DNA from: Epiperipatus broadwayi
Taxonomy: Eukaryota > Animalia > Onychophora
Assembly (NCBI GenBank): GCA_028023455.1
Contig: JAQFVV010000008.1
Location: 1,798,001 to 1,862,000, forward strand
Direction of reading: 5' to 3'
DNA length: 64,000 bases
Shown: positions 26,501-41,285 of the stretch, in pieces
Layout: the number at the start of each line of letters is the position of its first letter
How positions within the stretch are numbered: the stretch's first letter is position 1
Made by a program: the position numbers and the translations under genes
Notes under the pieces: model-generated
Database searches by the model: none
What the model was told of the DNA's origin: nothing
Seen by the model: the letters and a program-made list of their open reading frames with translations, nothing else

Positions 26501-27164
26501 TCGAATGTTGGTCGGATTCTGGATCCTAGCATCAGGATTCGATCAGCTTTAGTGTATTTTTCCTGTGTTCTAGATTTTGTTATGTGGAGGGACAATTCTT
26601 ACCATTACAATACATATGCAATGATAGCACACTATTGCTTTAAATCAAAAAGATTTTAGGAGTATTTTCGTAGAATATTTTGATTTACTGCTTCTATTCA
26701 TATTCAAACTTTTTATTAAGGTATATGCAGCATAATAAAGAGGGTTATTTGATCATTTGAACTAGTAGATGGTTGTGATGTGGTAGAATTAGGATGAGAG
26801 ATACACTGATAAATCCAAAATAATTAGAAAATAGCACTTTTGAAAACAATCAGAAGATGCAATACACTCCATATCAAATATGTATAAACAAAGTTGATTG
26901 ACAGGTGGGATATTAATCTTGGAAGAGCTCCTACTATAATTATGAATCAAATACTTTTAGATCAGTATATCATGACATGCATTGTTAAGTCTGAATAAAA
27001 AGATAAACCATTGGCTCAAAATCTTTAGAAGTATGACACTTTTTCCACCAATTGGAAATTAATGCTTCATATTCTGATTATAGTAGACTCAACTCACATT
27101 AATTCATTATCTTTATTTCCTAGATAAATATAATTAGATACACATTTTATCAACTAGTAACTAG

Positions 27165-28045
27165 ATGTTATATAGAGACTAAACTCTCCATACAGTAGCA
27201 CCCTTTAATGCAAGCCAAAGTAATCAATGGATGCAAGAAGGTTTGTGCATAAAATCTCTATCTAGTACCTACTCATCCAATATCCCCAGACTAGTTTCTG
27301 TCTTGGGGCTTTTATTAGTGAGAAGCTTTGGATCTGAGAGCACTGCACTAAGATATTAGGATCTATTGCAATCCTCAGCAGCCACCTTTTACCTTATTAT
27401 CTAACTATAAAACTTTGAGTCCAAAATGAAAACACAATGTTTTCAATTCAAGCTCATTAGCTTGTATAATCATATAGATCTGAACTCAGTTCAACATCCA
27501 TACTTTTTGGTGTCTTTGGTTCTTTAATAACCACAGTCATCATAATCCTATCGGGCTGGATTAGTATTAAACTACCAAACATCATATGATCACCATTCTT
27601 AATGCTTACACAAGCTGTTTACCTTTTTATGGTGACTGTGCTTATTAAAGAACCAAAGATACCAAAAAGTATAGATGCTGAACTTAGTTCAGATCTATAC
27701 AATTATACAAACTAATGAGCTTGAATAGAAAACGTGTTTCATTTTGGACTCAAAGCTTTATAGTTAGCTAATAAGGTAAAAGGTGGCTGCTGGAGAGTTA
27801 CATCTGATCCTATTATCTAGGTGCAGTGCTCTCAGATCCAAAGTCCCTCATTGCTGAAAGCCACAAGCTAGAAACTAGTTTGGGGTTATTGGATGAGTAG
27901 GCACTAGATAGGGATTTGGTGCACAAACATTCCTGCATCCATTGATTATTCTGGCTTGCATAGAGTTTAGCCTCTGTGTAAACAGCTTGGGTAAGCATAA
28001 TGAACAGTGATCGTGTAATGTTTGGTGATTTAACTAGATGATTAA
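27165..28045. repeat. Inverted, circularly permuted ~450-bp duplication
   Basis: 27200-27545 matches the reverse complement of 27630-27960; 27560-27622 matches the reverse complement of 27980-28038; block order is B-C on + and C-B on -. Confidence 0.85.
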
Positions 28046-28759
28046 CTGATTATGGATTGGCTAACTGAAAGAAAAAATCTTAAGCCTCTTTGTCTTTCTG
28101 GTTTATATCTAAGCCAAATGAAACAGATCTCAAGTTTTTTCTGATCTGAATTTAAACCCTAGGTTATGAATATAATATGCCGATCTAATAATCACTATGC
28201 TATGAGACAGTTTCAGATCTGTATGCTATTCTAAAATATATATTTTAACTAGCCATTCATCTCTTTGTTTCTGTATAAGAATTCATCTACCATAAGGTGT
28301 TAAACTGAACTGAGCTTACTAGAAAACTATATGTTCTTTAATTATACACTAGATTTTGAGTTTTTTTGCTATTTTTAAAGCTACTGGTATTTTTGGTATA
28401 GGTCAAAGAAAGTTGGTGCATAGAATCAACAGAACTTTGAAGTCAATTCTGATATATAGCAGACTTTTAATATTATTTACAGGTTTCTGTATTTTTATCT
28501 ACTAAAGTTTATGGTTTAAATGCCATTCTTTTTGATTATTCAGAAATTGCTGTTATCAATGAATCAGATTTCCCTTATTATGTTCATCAGTAATGCTTGT
28601 ATTTCTTCCAATATAAGTGATATAAATTCATATATATATATAATTCTAGTTTCTGAAGCTTAACAATTTCATCTTACTCAAAGATCGAAAGTTCTACATA
28701 AAATTTAAACTATTGTAGTTAGTCATGATGACTCACTATCAGCACTATATTATAATCTA

Positions 28760-28950
28760 AATATTGAAAGTTTGTGATAATGGCATTTTATTTGTAATTA
28801 TATATTGGACTATTTCCATCATTAATTGCCAAGTGTCTCTATATAGATTGACCAAATATTTCATATTATATTTGAAAAGTTTAAATAAAGTTTAATCTTT
28901 TCAAAGACATTTAATATTAGATGATAGAAATAATCCAATATATAATTCAA
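28760..28950. mobile_element. Family B degenerate copy
   Basis: tattggactatttccatc, ttgaaaagtttaaataaagttt and gaaataatccaatatat blocks in an inverted arrangement. Confidence 0.55.
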
Positions 28951-30049
28951 GTTTCATTTGTTTAAATATGTTTTTTCTAGTAATGTAATTTTTATATATA
29001 GCAGTACTTATGTGTAAAAAGTATATAGTTACATTGATAAATTAATCCACTGCTTTTCTAACTATCTTCTAATGTTGATATAATTTTTTTTTTCATTATT
29101 TTGTTGATTAATTAAAATTTGATATTCATATGGGTTCATTTTGAGAAGAAATAAATGTAAATTGATTTTTTTAAAGTTTTATTTATTAATTTATGCTGAT
29201 TTAATAATTTGATATTTACCATTATTATTAGTAGGTGCTCTTAAAGAAGCATGCCCATTATAATTCAGTTGAATATAAAAATAGATAAAATGAACAAAGA
29301 TTTGGATTTTATAATGACTATACACACCAATCTGTTAATCACAAAAGAAAGAAAGAGGCGCAGTGATTTGATAACCATGTCTTACTGTTGATCTCCATTG
29401 AATATCTTTAAAATAATTTTAAACTATAAATGGTCCGCCCTTTCTCACAAAAGCAATGCTCAAATTCTTATTATTCATTTACTTCCCAATAAAAATATAT
29501 CTTTATATTAAAAATTTCAATTTACCCAATTAAAAAACTAAATCACAAGGTGGTTTTTTTTTTTTCCACCTATTTTCAAAATATAAACCATCTTCTAATG
29601 AAATTTTTCCTTTTTTTTTTGTTGTGTTGATAGGAATTCTAATCCCATTCTATAATATAATTATATTAATATACTACTCCTATATTTAACTTACTTTTTT
29701 TTTTATATTAAATAATTTGGTTAAAAGAGACTCTTCCTTTTTTTTTAAATTTACAAAATGTGGTGGGGGGTGGGTTGCGGTTAATTTTTTTATTTCCTTT
29801 CCTATCCTCAAAAAAAAAAAAAAAAAAAAATAATTATCTAACTACATACTAAATAGTATCTAACTTTAATATTAAATAATAATATTTTATAGATTTTTTT
29901 TAAAAAGCAATGAACATTTTACAGGTCATCTTTTAATCAATAAGAAATGCTCATTTATCAACTTATTATGTATTTAGAAATCATGAACTGATTCAAATTG
30001 AAAACTCCATTGTCAAATTTATTGCTTGTATAAGCTGCTATTTTTTTTT

Positions 30050-30900
30050 CTGTAATAAATGACAATAGCATACCATAATAATTATTGCATTTTTTCTATC
30101 TTTTCTAGTATTATAAAGACCACTGTTTAAAAATGGAAAACAAAATTGGATTTAGTAAACATCTGTTTTATACTAGTTTTCATTTTAAATGCCTTGGATT
30201 GTGATTATCAATAAAACTTTTGTAGACATCTCTTGAATTTCAAACATTGCTACAAATCTTTTAAGTCAACTGAGTCACATGGGTAAAAGCAACATATAAA
30301 TCAAATCCTTGATCATGTCTTTTATTTGTTTGTTTTTCTTATATTTGCCTGGCAACAAAAGCCATATCCATAGAGCTTCTTGAATCTCTAAACTACAATG
30401 AGTTTCTGGAAACTTTTGAAAATATTTTTCTAAGTACTCCTCAAAAATTAATGCAGTCTTTCCTGTTCTTGTTTTATAAATTATAATAGTAGCACATAAT
30501 CATACAATCCTTAAAATATTATAATAATTTTGAAAATAAAATATCACATATTTTGAATTTTTTTTTGGATATCTCTTCAGAACCTGTCCATTATTAAAAC
30601 TACAAAGAGCTGCTTAATTTAACACATTTTAGATATTTATGTCCAAATGTAAATGAATTGATTATTGGGATATAATTATAAAAAGCAATTATTTGAATTC
30701 TTGTATTTCTCAAAAGGTGATTAAAATTTTTCTTTCTGTTTGAGTATTGTCATCATTATATAAAGAATTCCTTTCACTTATTTTAGAAGTATGAAGTTGT
30801 TTTTAGAACCATATGTTATTTTCAGTGCATCAAGAGATTATTGAATCATTAGATTGCTCATGAAAATACAGTTTCATTTTATTATTTAAAGTAAGATAAT
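30050..30900 (-). mobile_element. RTE-type LINE reverse transcriptase remnant
   Basis: PETHC..RDSRSSMDMAFVARQI*EK..DLYVAF..CLLNPILFSIF. Confidence 0.65.
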
Positions 30901-32279
30901 GCTACATACTAAATAAATGTATTTAATAATATGAATGCTTTAAAAAAAGAGATGAAGCTAAAATTGCCATATATAATAATTTATATTGATTTTTTACAAA
31001 GTTAAAGTTTGACTAATATTAAAATAACTATCTGTAACCAATATATAATTCTTAATAACATTATATATTAATCCAAAAAATGATATATTATCATTAAAGC
31101 TGTATAAGAGATGTATGTTGTAAATTATATATAAAATCATATGCTAATAATAGCTGCAGTAATAATGACATGTGGAATTGTCAATGAAAATTTGCCCTAC
31201 TCACTTTTTTCTTTAAGTTAATAGAAAACTATATGTCAATTTCAAATGTTTTTCATATTTTCCCATCTTGTAAAGAACAAGCAAGATACCATTTATTCAA
31301 AGAATGATCTTTTTCTCACAGTATCCAAAATTGCTTTCTGGTATTTGACTATCAACCCAATTATCTTTTCTTTTGCCAATATTTCTTGTTACTTTATAGA
31401 AAAAAAATGTTGGCTCCTCATAAGCTATATGTTGTTTTCAAAACAAACATTTTTTTTCTATCTCTTCTATGTGCTTTTTCTATTTCCTTTTTCCTTTATT
31501 TTACTAATTTGTTAGGTTGGTGAATTATATTCTGTCATTGTGTGATATCATACTATTAGCCATCTCTCCGAGGTAATTATGATAAATGAGATTGGGTGGT
31601 TGTGCAGTCATATTTCCACCCTTTAATTCATATATGTTTAATTACTACATGGGTGTAATGTATACACAAACACATATGTGTAAATATGAGCACATGATAC
31701 TTAGATATGGCTATAGAAAATGTATATATATTCATAAATACTCTCATGCAATTATTGAGCGGCTGAATATTTCAGTTTTAGTAAAAAAAAGATTTTCTCT
31801 GCTCAAAATTAATATGGATTTAATTAATTTAATGGAATTGAGCACATTCTCATTTTATTTTTAAATTATGTTAAGGATGTGTTAGAAGAAAGAGCACCTT
31901 CAGTTATAAAAAAATAAATATGTTTCATTAGCATCATTGCCATTGAAGAGGAGGCAGCTGCCATTTGGAAGACAGTCTTAGACAATTTGAATGCATGGAT
32001 ACTGATAAAGAAATATCTTAATAAAATACATCAAATTTAATGAAGTCTTAAATAAGTCTTAGATATTTTTAGAGTTTAATCACTTCAGACTCACTCTTGA
32101 TACAACATTCTTTTTCACTTTGGTAATAATCTTGATGGTTTAAATGTACTTATACAGATTAACACAAGCCTTAAAACTATTGTGTTAGAAAAAGTTAAGA
32201 CTCACTTTATCTGAATGTATGATGATATCACTTTTAAACTTTAAATAGCTCATATAATTCTGGTAATACTAATTGGAAA

Positions 32280-33520
32280 TTGTAAAAAAAAAATACAAGA
32301 AATAAATGTAGTCTTTATTAATTAAAAGAGACTTGTCATTGATAGATGAACCACAAAACAACAAAGAAATAGCACACACGTGCACTAAATATAGATTAGA
32401 AACAGTCAGTGGTATTTCAGCAAATCTATATTTTGAAATCACTATTTTTAAACTTTTAATTCAACAGATTATTTAACATAATTAACAACTAAATGAAAAT
32501 GAGCAAATATTTAGTTGTATTTTTTTTTCTTTTTACATAGCAGTTATATAAATAAGTAACTCTTTTTTATATGGTAAATAAATGATCTCAAAAGTTTACA
32601 GTAATTTTGAACTGAAAGTGTTAAGACAGCAAAAAAGTATTTTGATAATTTGTATGAACTATTATATTAATATTTTGTCTCTTGAAGGGTGAAAATAGTA
32701 GTTTCAACTATATAGAATGACTTTATTATGTAATGAAAATATATTGTCAAATGTCAAAGGAATCTAAATGATGACAAATCTGAGGAATAATTTTCAGATC
32801 CTAACAATCATTTTTGTACTTGGATCCAGGTACTATTTACTGATCCTGATTTAAATTTCAGGGCATTAACTGCCATTTTAAAAAATTTAGATTAATTGTT
32901 CTATTAACATTAGACAATATGAATATCTGTTTCTTTAAAAAATTGGAGTACAGTAAATCCATGATATATGTTGTATCCGTATTACTTCATTTATGTGCTA
33001 TTAAAAAAAACTAAGTAAATAAAAAATAAAAACATTAAAATTTATAAATATAATTAATTTTTATATTTCCACAACTATTTTTCTGTCTTGGAACATCATA
33101 TGTGATCATGTTTATTAATAATGTTTTTTTTGGCTTACATTGAAAGCACATACATTTTATTTTTGATGTTGGTGGACTTTTTGAATATATGCGCAGTATT
33201 CAACATAATAAAATGTTTTCTATGCATAAAGTTAAAAGTTTTCTGAAATTTAAAGTAGCTTTCTTAAGTGATGGACTGAAAGCTATTGATTTAGTAATGG
33301 CAGAAAAAAAGTATTGTAAATTATCTTATATTGCATCCTAAAATTTATTTGTTTGAAGAATTTAAATGAGAATCTGAAATGGATAACAACAAGTAGAGAT
33401 GACTATATAAATTCCAAAATTGCTAATGGACTTAAAAACATCAAAACCACTAGAGATAGAGAGGCTCATTTTCTGATAATGAAACTGCTAAAAAAATTGA
33501 TTAAAGAAAAAGTATATTGT
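32280..33520 (+). mobile_element. Possible pogo/Tigger transposase remnant
   Basis: Weak CENP-B-type HTH-like fragments (KEIAH..ETVSGI); heavily decayed. Confidence 0.3.
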
Positions 33521-35595
33521 ACAGAACAGTTTGATATTTCACTATTCATTTTATTCAAAAAAATAAAGATATAGTATAGTAAGTTTGTCATTTTTATTTT
33601 TTTGAGTGAATGCAGATGAGTGAACACACACACACACAGTAAATATATATGTAAATGTGATCTCAAAATTTATTATTTTATTAAATCTTATTTATATTTA
33701 AATCTTAATTAATATATGCATACTATACATATTAAAAAGCATTTTTATATACATTCATGTTGAAAAGTATTGTATATATATGCAGTTCAGAAATAATAAA
33801 TTAAGCTTATTAACAAAATGTGAGCTATTATATATGATATATGTAAGGAGGTCTTGGAACAAATTATAACAGATATCAAGGCTTCACTTTTTTTTATAGT
33901 ACTTATGAGAAATATATACCTGCTTATTTAGAAATTTTTAGTATATTTTCTAATAAAAATAAATAAATAATAAGAATTGAGACTTCCTATTTTGTTAATT
34001 TACAACTCATTTACATAGAAATCTCATGTGGTAACTTTTTGCATTAATTTTATTTTTTTTATGACAAGTATGATTTATAATGCTGAATGTGTAGAGTATT
34101 TTTGAAGTCAGTTTTGCAAAAAAGATTATTTGTAAAGAATTCTGTCGGCTTAATTAATATTTCAGTATGAACTCTAATTTTCAAGTCCACATAAAAATTC
34201 TTTATAAGAATAAAGTGAATCAAAATAATATTTAATAAAATTGGACAATATTTGTTTCTTGAATTTCAAAACACCAAAACAAAAGAAATTTTGAAATATA
34301 ATTGTGAAACAAATAATAATGATTAGGAAATTTAATTATAATTTCTGTTTTGATATCATTCAAAAATGAAATGAATAAATTTTCATTTAGATTAGTCTTT
34401 AAAATTTTATAATTGTAATCTCTCATTCAATGTTGTATTGCTGTAGAAATCTTTGGTCAACACGAAAGGTTACAGCTTTTGCTGATAGAATGGCACCTAA
34501 TAGTAGAGGTGAAAGTTAGTAGAGCATACAATAAAGGTGCATTAAATTTTTTTACTCAGTAAAGATTCAAAATACTAGATCAAATATGAAAACAAACAAT
34601 ATGTATTCTTTTAGCCATTTTGAAAAAAAAAAAGCACTAGTTATGATTTTTAAAAATATTGAATTAAAAAAAAAATTCATCTATCAGAAATGAAATTTAC
34701 AAATTAAAATTTAAATTTATTTTATAATAATCAATTTCATATAATCCTTAATTTAGTTGCAAAATAATTATATGTTATAGATTATATATATATATATTTG
34801 TTGTAATATGGAATTAATTAAACATCATTTAATGGATTCATTAGGTATTTATATCTGGATGTCATTTTAAATATCCAATCATCTAAAATTCAGAACTGTA
34901 TGTGACTGTATCCTGGGTTAAATTTTAATTGCTTTTAGTTGGGTTGATTATAACAAAGGCATATATAAAAAATTTTTTTTTAAAGGGAACTTGTGTTTGT
35001 GATCTCATCAGCCAAGCAAATACTGTTTGTAAGGATTTCAAAACCATTATTAATAACTTTTACCAGAAAATCATGCAATTAAATAAACAAAGCTGACAAG
35101 CTGAGTCTGTGTAGCTGTATTCATATTACTCTCTGCACTTGCATCATTTTTAGCTACCTCAGAATTTAGAAACCACTGTTCTAATCAAGAAGAGATTAAA
35201 TTCATTGAAATTAATAGTTTTTGCATATATGTGTGCATATTTGTATACAGAGTGGCACAAGTATTATGCAAAGATTTGTTATATGTTTGCAAGTATTCAG
35301 CAACAAAATTAATTGTCTTATGGTTGAATTAAGGGATTTTTTTCCAAAAAATAAGCAATGAAAAAAATCACTTAAAGTTTACTTTTTTAAGACAGCACCT
35401 ATATTTGATTTTCAACTTTATTGACAAATAAGAGTTGTTTGGTTAAGGGTAATATTTTTTTTTACAAAATGTTAATTAATGCTGAAACTAGTTTGTAAGT
35501 AAAAGATCACAAGTTAAATAGCATTCAAAGTAAAAAAAAAAAAACTTCTCTTTCTCTCTTTTTTAAAAAGCCTTTTGAAATTATTCGCTTTTTAG

Positions 35596-35859
<264 letters not shown>

Positions 35860-36329
35860 TAAGGTTTTAAGAATGATAAGAACTTAATATAGTTTTTTTT
35901 TTTTAATTTGTTAAATTATTTTTAACCTTTATCTTCATAAAACATTTCTATTTTATTCATTTAAGTCACATGTTTCTTATAAATACTTATATGTTTAAGA
36001 AGTTCATAATTATTATGAAGATTGTTATTAAGGTGTTAAAATCATTTATTATTATTTATCCAAAAAAAGCATCCTTAATTTTTGGACAAAGAAATTATAA
36101 ACATTACTTGGTGATGCTAATTGGTTTGTTGTATTCAGTCATTAAGATAGGAATAAAAATTAAGCTAAAATGAAATTTATTTATCTAGTTTCTACATATA
36201 ATTAATTGTTAATGATAATAGGAACTATAAAATGATTATTGAGATTTTTAATCAGAATATTATGGAGTATATTCTCATAATAGATTTGATGAAAATCCTG
36301 AGGTGTTTAATTTTTTTCATTGAATTTAT

Positions 36330-37140
36330 TTTAAGGTAAGATGATTTTACAAAGTGGGTGAGTTCATTTAGTCAAGTCAACTTTCTTAGATAAACTGAAT
36401 TCAATCTTTTCTTTCTTCCATAATGAAAAAAAAAGTTTATTGATAAATCATATTGTAATAGGTATTTTGATAGTCTTATTTCCTCTACTACTTTCTTATG
36501 GTAGTAGTTGTGCTGATGAGGTTTTAGCATATTAATTGTTGATCCATTGTGTTTGACTGGAACAATTTAATGATTGATGTTTCTAATTGACTATAGTCAA
36601 GAAGTAATTGGTCTCTATGATATCTATGAGTCTGATCTTTTGATATTTCACTACTAGGAAGTGCTGATCACTTCTGGCCACTGCTTCATATGGAATACAA
36701 CTTTTTCCTGGATATATTTGATATGTATACTTTAGATCTAAAACTGGATAATAATTGTTCTTAAAATGCATTTCATTATAATTTCAACTAATTTTCCTCA
36801 GTGCCTATCATTAGAAAAATAATATCTTAGCTATGTCTTACCTTTAAATAAGATATTGTTTGACTAATTCTGTGGACTAGGCAGATCCCTATGGCTTGAC
36901 ACTAAGTGTTGAATCCTGTTTTAGCTGGCATATTTGATTCTTTTGAAAGTGCTAATATTGGTGGACCTGCAGTCAGCACTTTTATTAGATTATTCCAAGC
37001 TTATTACAATATAATAAATTTAACATTTGTTTGTGGCCTCTGTACAGTTCTTGTGTCCCATAATATTCATTCGTTTTCAGTGAATAGCCCTTGCCTCCTC
37101 ATCAGTTATCTGCTTTGTACTTGTAATTACTATTTTCTAA
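36330..37140 (-). mobile_element. Decayed LINE 5'/endonuclease remnant
   Basis: Raised GC and weak similarity to the N-terminus of RTE-type endonucleases. Confidence 0.3.
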
Positions 37141-38164
37141 ACTAATATCATATTAAGCATTTGATTTTTTTTTAAATTCAATTTTATTTGATAATCAATC
37201 AAATGCATTAATGTGGGAGATTTTTTTCCCCTCTGCATTCAGAAAATACACTATATCAGTATGTAGGGAAAAAGCAACAGTCTGAAAGATGCAGAATGAA
37301 AAATGCTATGAGAGACTAATATATCTAATATTGGCTTACAATCACTTTGCAAAATAAAAAAAATATACATACTGTTAGAATTTTTTAATGCTTATGACTA
37401 AGATCAGGACTTCTCCGTCTATTTAAGAATAGTTTTTTTTTTTTAACCCCAGTAGAAGTGCAAGATATAACTGCAATGGATGGGTTACGATATGTAAAAT
37501 TGCTCTCACACTTACTGGTGAAGCACCACTTATAAAAAATAATTTCACACTTGAATCATAGTAAATTAGTTTTTTTGCATTATTTATTAATTTTTTTAAC
37601 TTCTTAATAGCTTAATTTTGTTTAATATTCTATGAGCATTGAGATTTATTTATTTAACAACCTGTATAAGAATTTGGCTCTTCTGTTATGGTTTTCAAAA
37701 TAATTAGTGAGTTCTAAAAAAGTCTAGAGCCCTTTTTTGTTCATGGGGATTTTTGGCTGTCACCATAACCTCTATTTTATTTTTCTGTAAATAAAATTTT
37801 CTATATTGTAATTTTATTAGAATGAGATATGTGAGGATAGAATAAGAATTAATAAAACAGATTTTATTAAAATGGAATAGGATAAGAAAAAGAAATCAAT
37901 GCTAGAAGACTGATTTTGTAGTAATGAATAAGAATTAGATGAATTGTCTATGAATTATAATAATTTCAGAGAGAGATAGAGAATGTTTAATTTGAATAAT
38001 AAAGTTTCTAGGTATATGGCCAATGTATGGAAATTTCTGATTTTATTTTATGAGAAGCTATTTTGCATAATATCATTAGAGAAAATATTTAATTAAACAA
38101 AGTGTGAAGATTTAAGATAATAACATCTTAATTTACAAATAGATAAGATGCTACTGATAATCAT

Positions 38165-41100
38165 TGCTATTCTACAATCGGGGATAAAGATGGGCAGACC
38201 AACAGAAATAAAAGCAATTCAGAAACAAGGTTTTATAACTAAATACTGACTTTATTTGCTGCAAGTTACTAATAATATTTACTAACAAGCTTAATATATT
38301 TACAATTTATACATATTACTTACAAGTGGCAACGAGGCGTATATAAATTATAATAATGTCGATATGGCCTGTACAGTCCCTAGGTCCACTTTGGTACCTT
38401 CAATAGTGGAGTTCATCCATAGTCCTCATTACACTCAGTTACAATTATCTTCTCTAACACGAGCAGCTCTCAATGCGAGTGTATGTAAAAGGACCTCAAT
38501 TTTCCTTATCTTCAAGTTTTTATATATTTTCATGGAATGTGGAATGTTCTAGAATATAATTAATTATAATTGTTCGTTATTTTTTAATTAATCACTTTCC
38601 AATCTGGTAACATTTATCATTTATTTTATCTCTAATTACGCTCTTTCTTGAGTTCTTAATATGCACATATAAATCCAGTAATGCTTATCATTTATTGTAT
38701 CTAATTATGCTATTTCTTGAGTTCTAAATATGTACATTCTCTACTTTGAAAATTACAGTTTTTGAAATCTAACATATCTTCTAAATAACTCAGTTCCTTT
38801 CTGATTTTTTGTGACTACGTGAGATTGCTTCCTTTTCATCAGTAATGTCCTCATCTGTTTTGTGCTCATTGTTTACTTCCAGTGTTTTGTGCTCTTCATT
38901 TACTTCTCTGCCTCCTCTATGTAATTTGGAATGTTTGCCACTATATTACTTTTGTTTTGCTTAACTTCTTCTTCCCAACATTTGACATGATTTATATGTT
39001 TTTGGGTGCTTTTCCCTGTTTCTGTCTCAGCTATTACTATTTGTTTTGATAAATGTTCTTTAATTATGCCTTTCACCCAGTATTTTGTGAGCACATCTCT
39101 CAACCAGACTTTATCTCCCACTGCATACTGCCATTGTCCTGTTGTTTTCTTTACTTGAAAATTTTTGATCTGGGAGAATCGGCGATAACTTTATGTGGAT
39201 CTTTTGTCAGTTTGGGTTAGATATCACTGCCATTGTAGTGGCCCAATCGGCTTTCTTGATGGGCATCAACATTCCCTTGCTACTTAAATCATTTAACTCT
39301 TGTTTCACTTTAGCTTGTAGCGCAAAAGGAACCTTTCTATGCCTGCAAATCATAGGAGTTGCTCCATCTTACCAGACTATATCGACTGGCTTAGTACTGA
39401 TTTGGCTTTTTGTATTACTAAATAAACTTATGTATTTGTTTTATTTCTTCCTCAATAGAGATCTTTTTAATCGTACATATTTCTATTCCCAGAGCACCAA
39501 ACCATTCCCTACCTATAATAGAGTTAAGACCACCTAGTATTATATACAATGGTAACCTACAGGCTTTTATTTTAAATTCTACCCTTATGTCTACTTTACC
39601 ATAATATTCTCATAATATTACCACTAGCATCTTTCACTCTTAAACTAGTTCTCATTAATATAGGGGGCTTCATGCAATTACGCAATTTGTTGTTACCATT
39701 TCTCAATCTTTGATTGTCATCATTGATCCGCTGGATCCGCTGTCAATTTCCGGTTTCAAATTCATATTTAATAATTTCACTGACATCATATATTGGTTGC
39801 AATGAGCACCCTGGGTATTATAGATCTCACAATTCTGCTTGTTTCCCTTTGGAAAAGTGGGCGATACACTATGATCTTTTTGCTTTCTCTAAATGACCTA
39901 CTTTGCCATAGTCTCTACAATGCTCTTTATTAAATCTACCCTTATGTGCCATGTGTCCTTTTTTTTACGCAGCAGTAGCAAACAATTTCCTTCAGTTTAT
40001 TCTTAGGAGACTGATATTTATTTGTTTTTCTTACAAACTCATTACATTCATTATTATTAGTAAAATTTCGAAATTCCTTTGATTGGTCGAGCACTATTTC
40101 AGGACTACTCCCATTTTGATTGCTTCATCGTATGACAAGTCTCTTGAGGCCAGTAACTACTGTCTTAATCTATCATCACACATCCCCCAAAGTAATCCTT
40201 TCAGTAGAGCATCTTCTAATGCATTGCCATAACTACAACTCTTAGCTAGCTCTCTCAATGATTGATCATAGTCTCTTATGCTTTCCCCTTTATTTTGCCA
40301 TCTATTTCTAAAATGTAGCCATGCTATGTGCTTAGAGGGCTTTGGACTAAAATAATTATTTAGTTTTTCAATTACTATTTCATCAGCAATTTCTCTGGTT
40401 CTTCATAATTACGTAACCTGTTTGTGATTTCTATCACTTGTTGCCAGGCATAACATAACAACATGGCAACTCTAATGGGTCGCTCACAGTTCCAGTAATA
40501 AAAAAAAAAATTCTCAATTCTTTTGAGATAAATTGGCCAATCAACAGGATTATTAACAACTCGTTTATTGTCACATGTGGCACAGTCTTAGTCCGAAAAA
40601 CTAGTAAGTAAAAAAAAATTTTCCCCACGATTTCCGACTACACAATAAATTATATTACAATACAAAATTACAAATTAAATTATATCCTGTCAAGACTGCT
40701 CCAGTTTTCTGCTTTATACAGCCACTACGAATACTACAATTGAGGGTAAAGGTGGTCAGACCAATAGAAATAAAAGCAATTCAGAAACAAGGTTTTATAA
40801 CTAAATGCTAACTTTATTTGCTTCAAATTACTAATAGTAAGATTTACTAACAAGCTTAATATATTTACAATTTATAAAATATTATTTACGAATGCCAATG
40901 AGATGTACATAAATTATAATAAGGTTGTTATGGCCTGTGTACCTTCAGTGAAGGAGTTCACTGGTTATTCCATAGTCCTCATTTTACTCGGTTACAATTA
41001 TCTTCTCTAACATGAGCAGCTCTCATGATGTGAGTGCATGTAAAAAGATCTCGATTTTCCTTAGCTCCGAGTTTTTATATATTTCCACGGAATGTGGAAT

Positions 41101-41285
41101 GTTCTAGAATATATTTAATTATAATTGTTCTTTGTCTTTTAATTAATCATTTTTCAATCTGGTAAAGCTTATCATTTATTTTATCTCTAATTACGCTATT
41201 TCTTGAGTTCTTAATATGCACATATAAGGCTTATCATTTATTGTATCTCTAATTACGCTATATCTTGAGTTCTAAATATGTATAT
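38165..41285 (-). mobile_element. Internally deleted Ty3/Gypsy LTR retrotransposon
   Basis: Two diverged ~570-bp LTRs (~38165-38736 and ~40715-41285); purine tract at 38737-38750; decayed gag (QNKGESIRDY..SLRELA) and zinc-knuckle remnant; RT N-terminus RKVPFALQAKVKQELNDLSSKGMLMPIKKADWAT fused to the integrase tail GDKVWLRD..YWVKGII. Confidence 0.9.
40684..40703 (-). promoter_or_regulatory. Degenerate primer-binding site, probably tRNA-Ser
   Basis: TGGAGCAGTCTTGACAGGAT next to the 5' LTR resembles the complement of the tRNA-Ser 3' end (TGGCGTAGTCGGCAGGAT). Confidence 0.5.

Noticed and set aside
27813-27998. 61-aa ORF as a functional gene
   Set aside because: Lies within a decayed duplicated segment with stops and frameshifts on both sides; reported only as residual frame.
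29540-29830. Homopolymer-dense stretch
   Set aside because: Looks like low-complexity or low-quality consensus; no structure identified.
37058-37112. CTGATGA..GAAA on the minus strand
   Set aside because: Stems II and III do not pair convincingly; compatible with chance.
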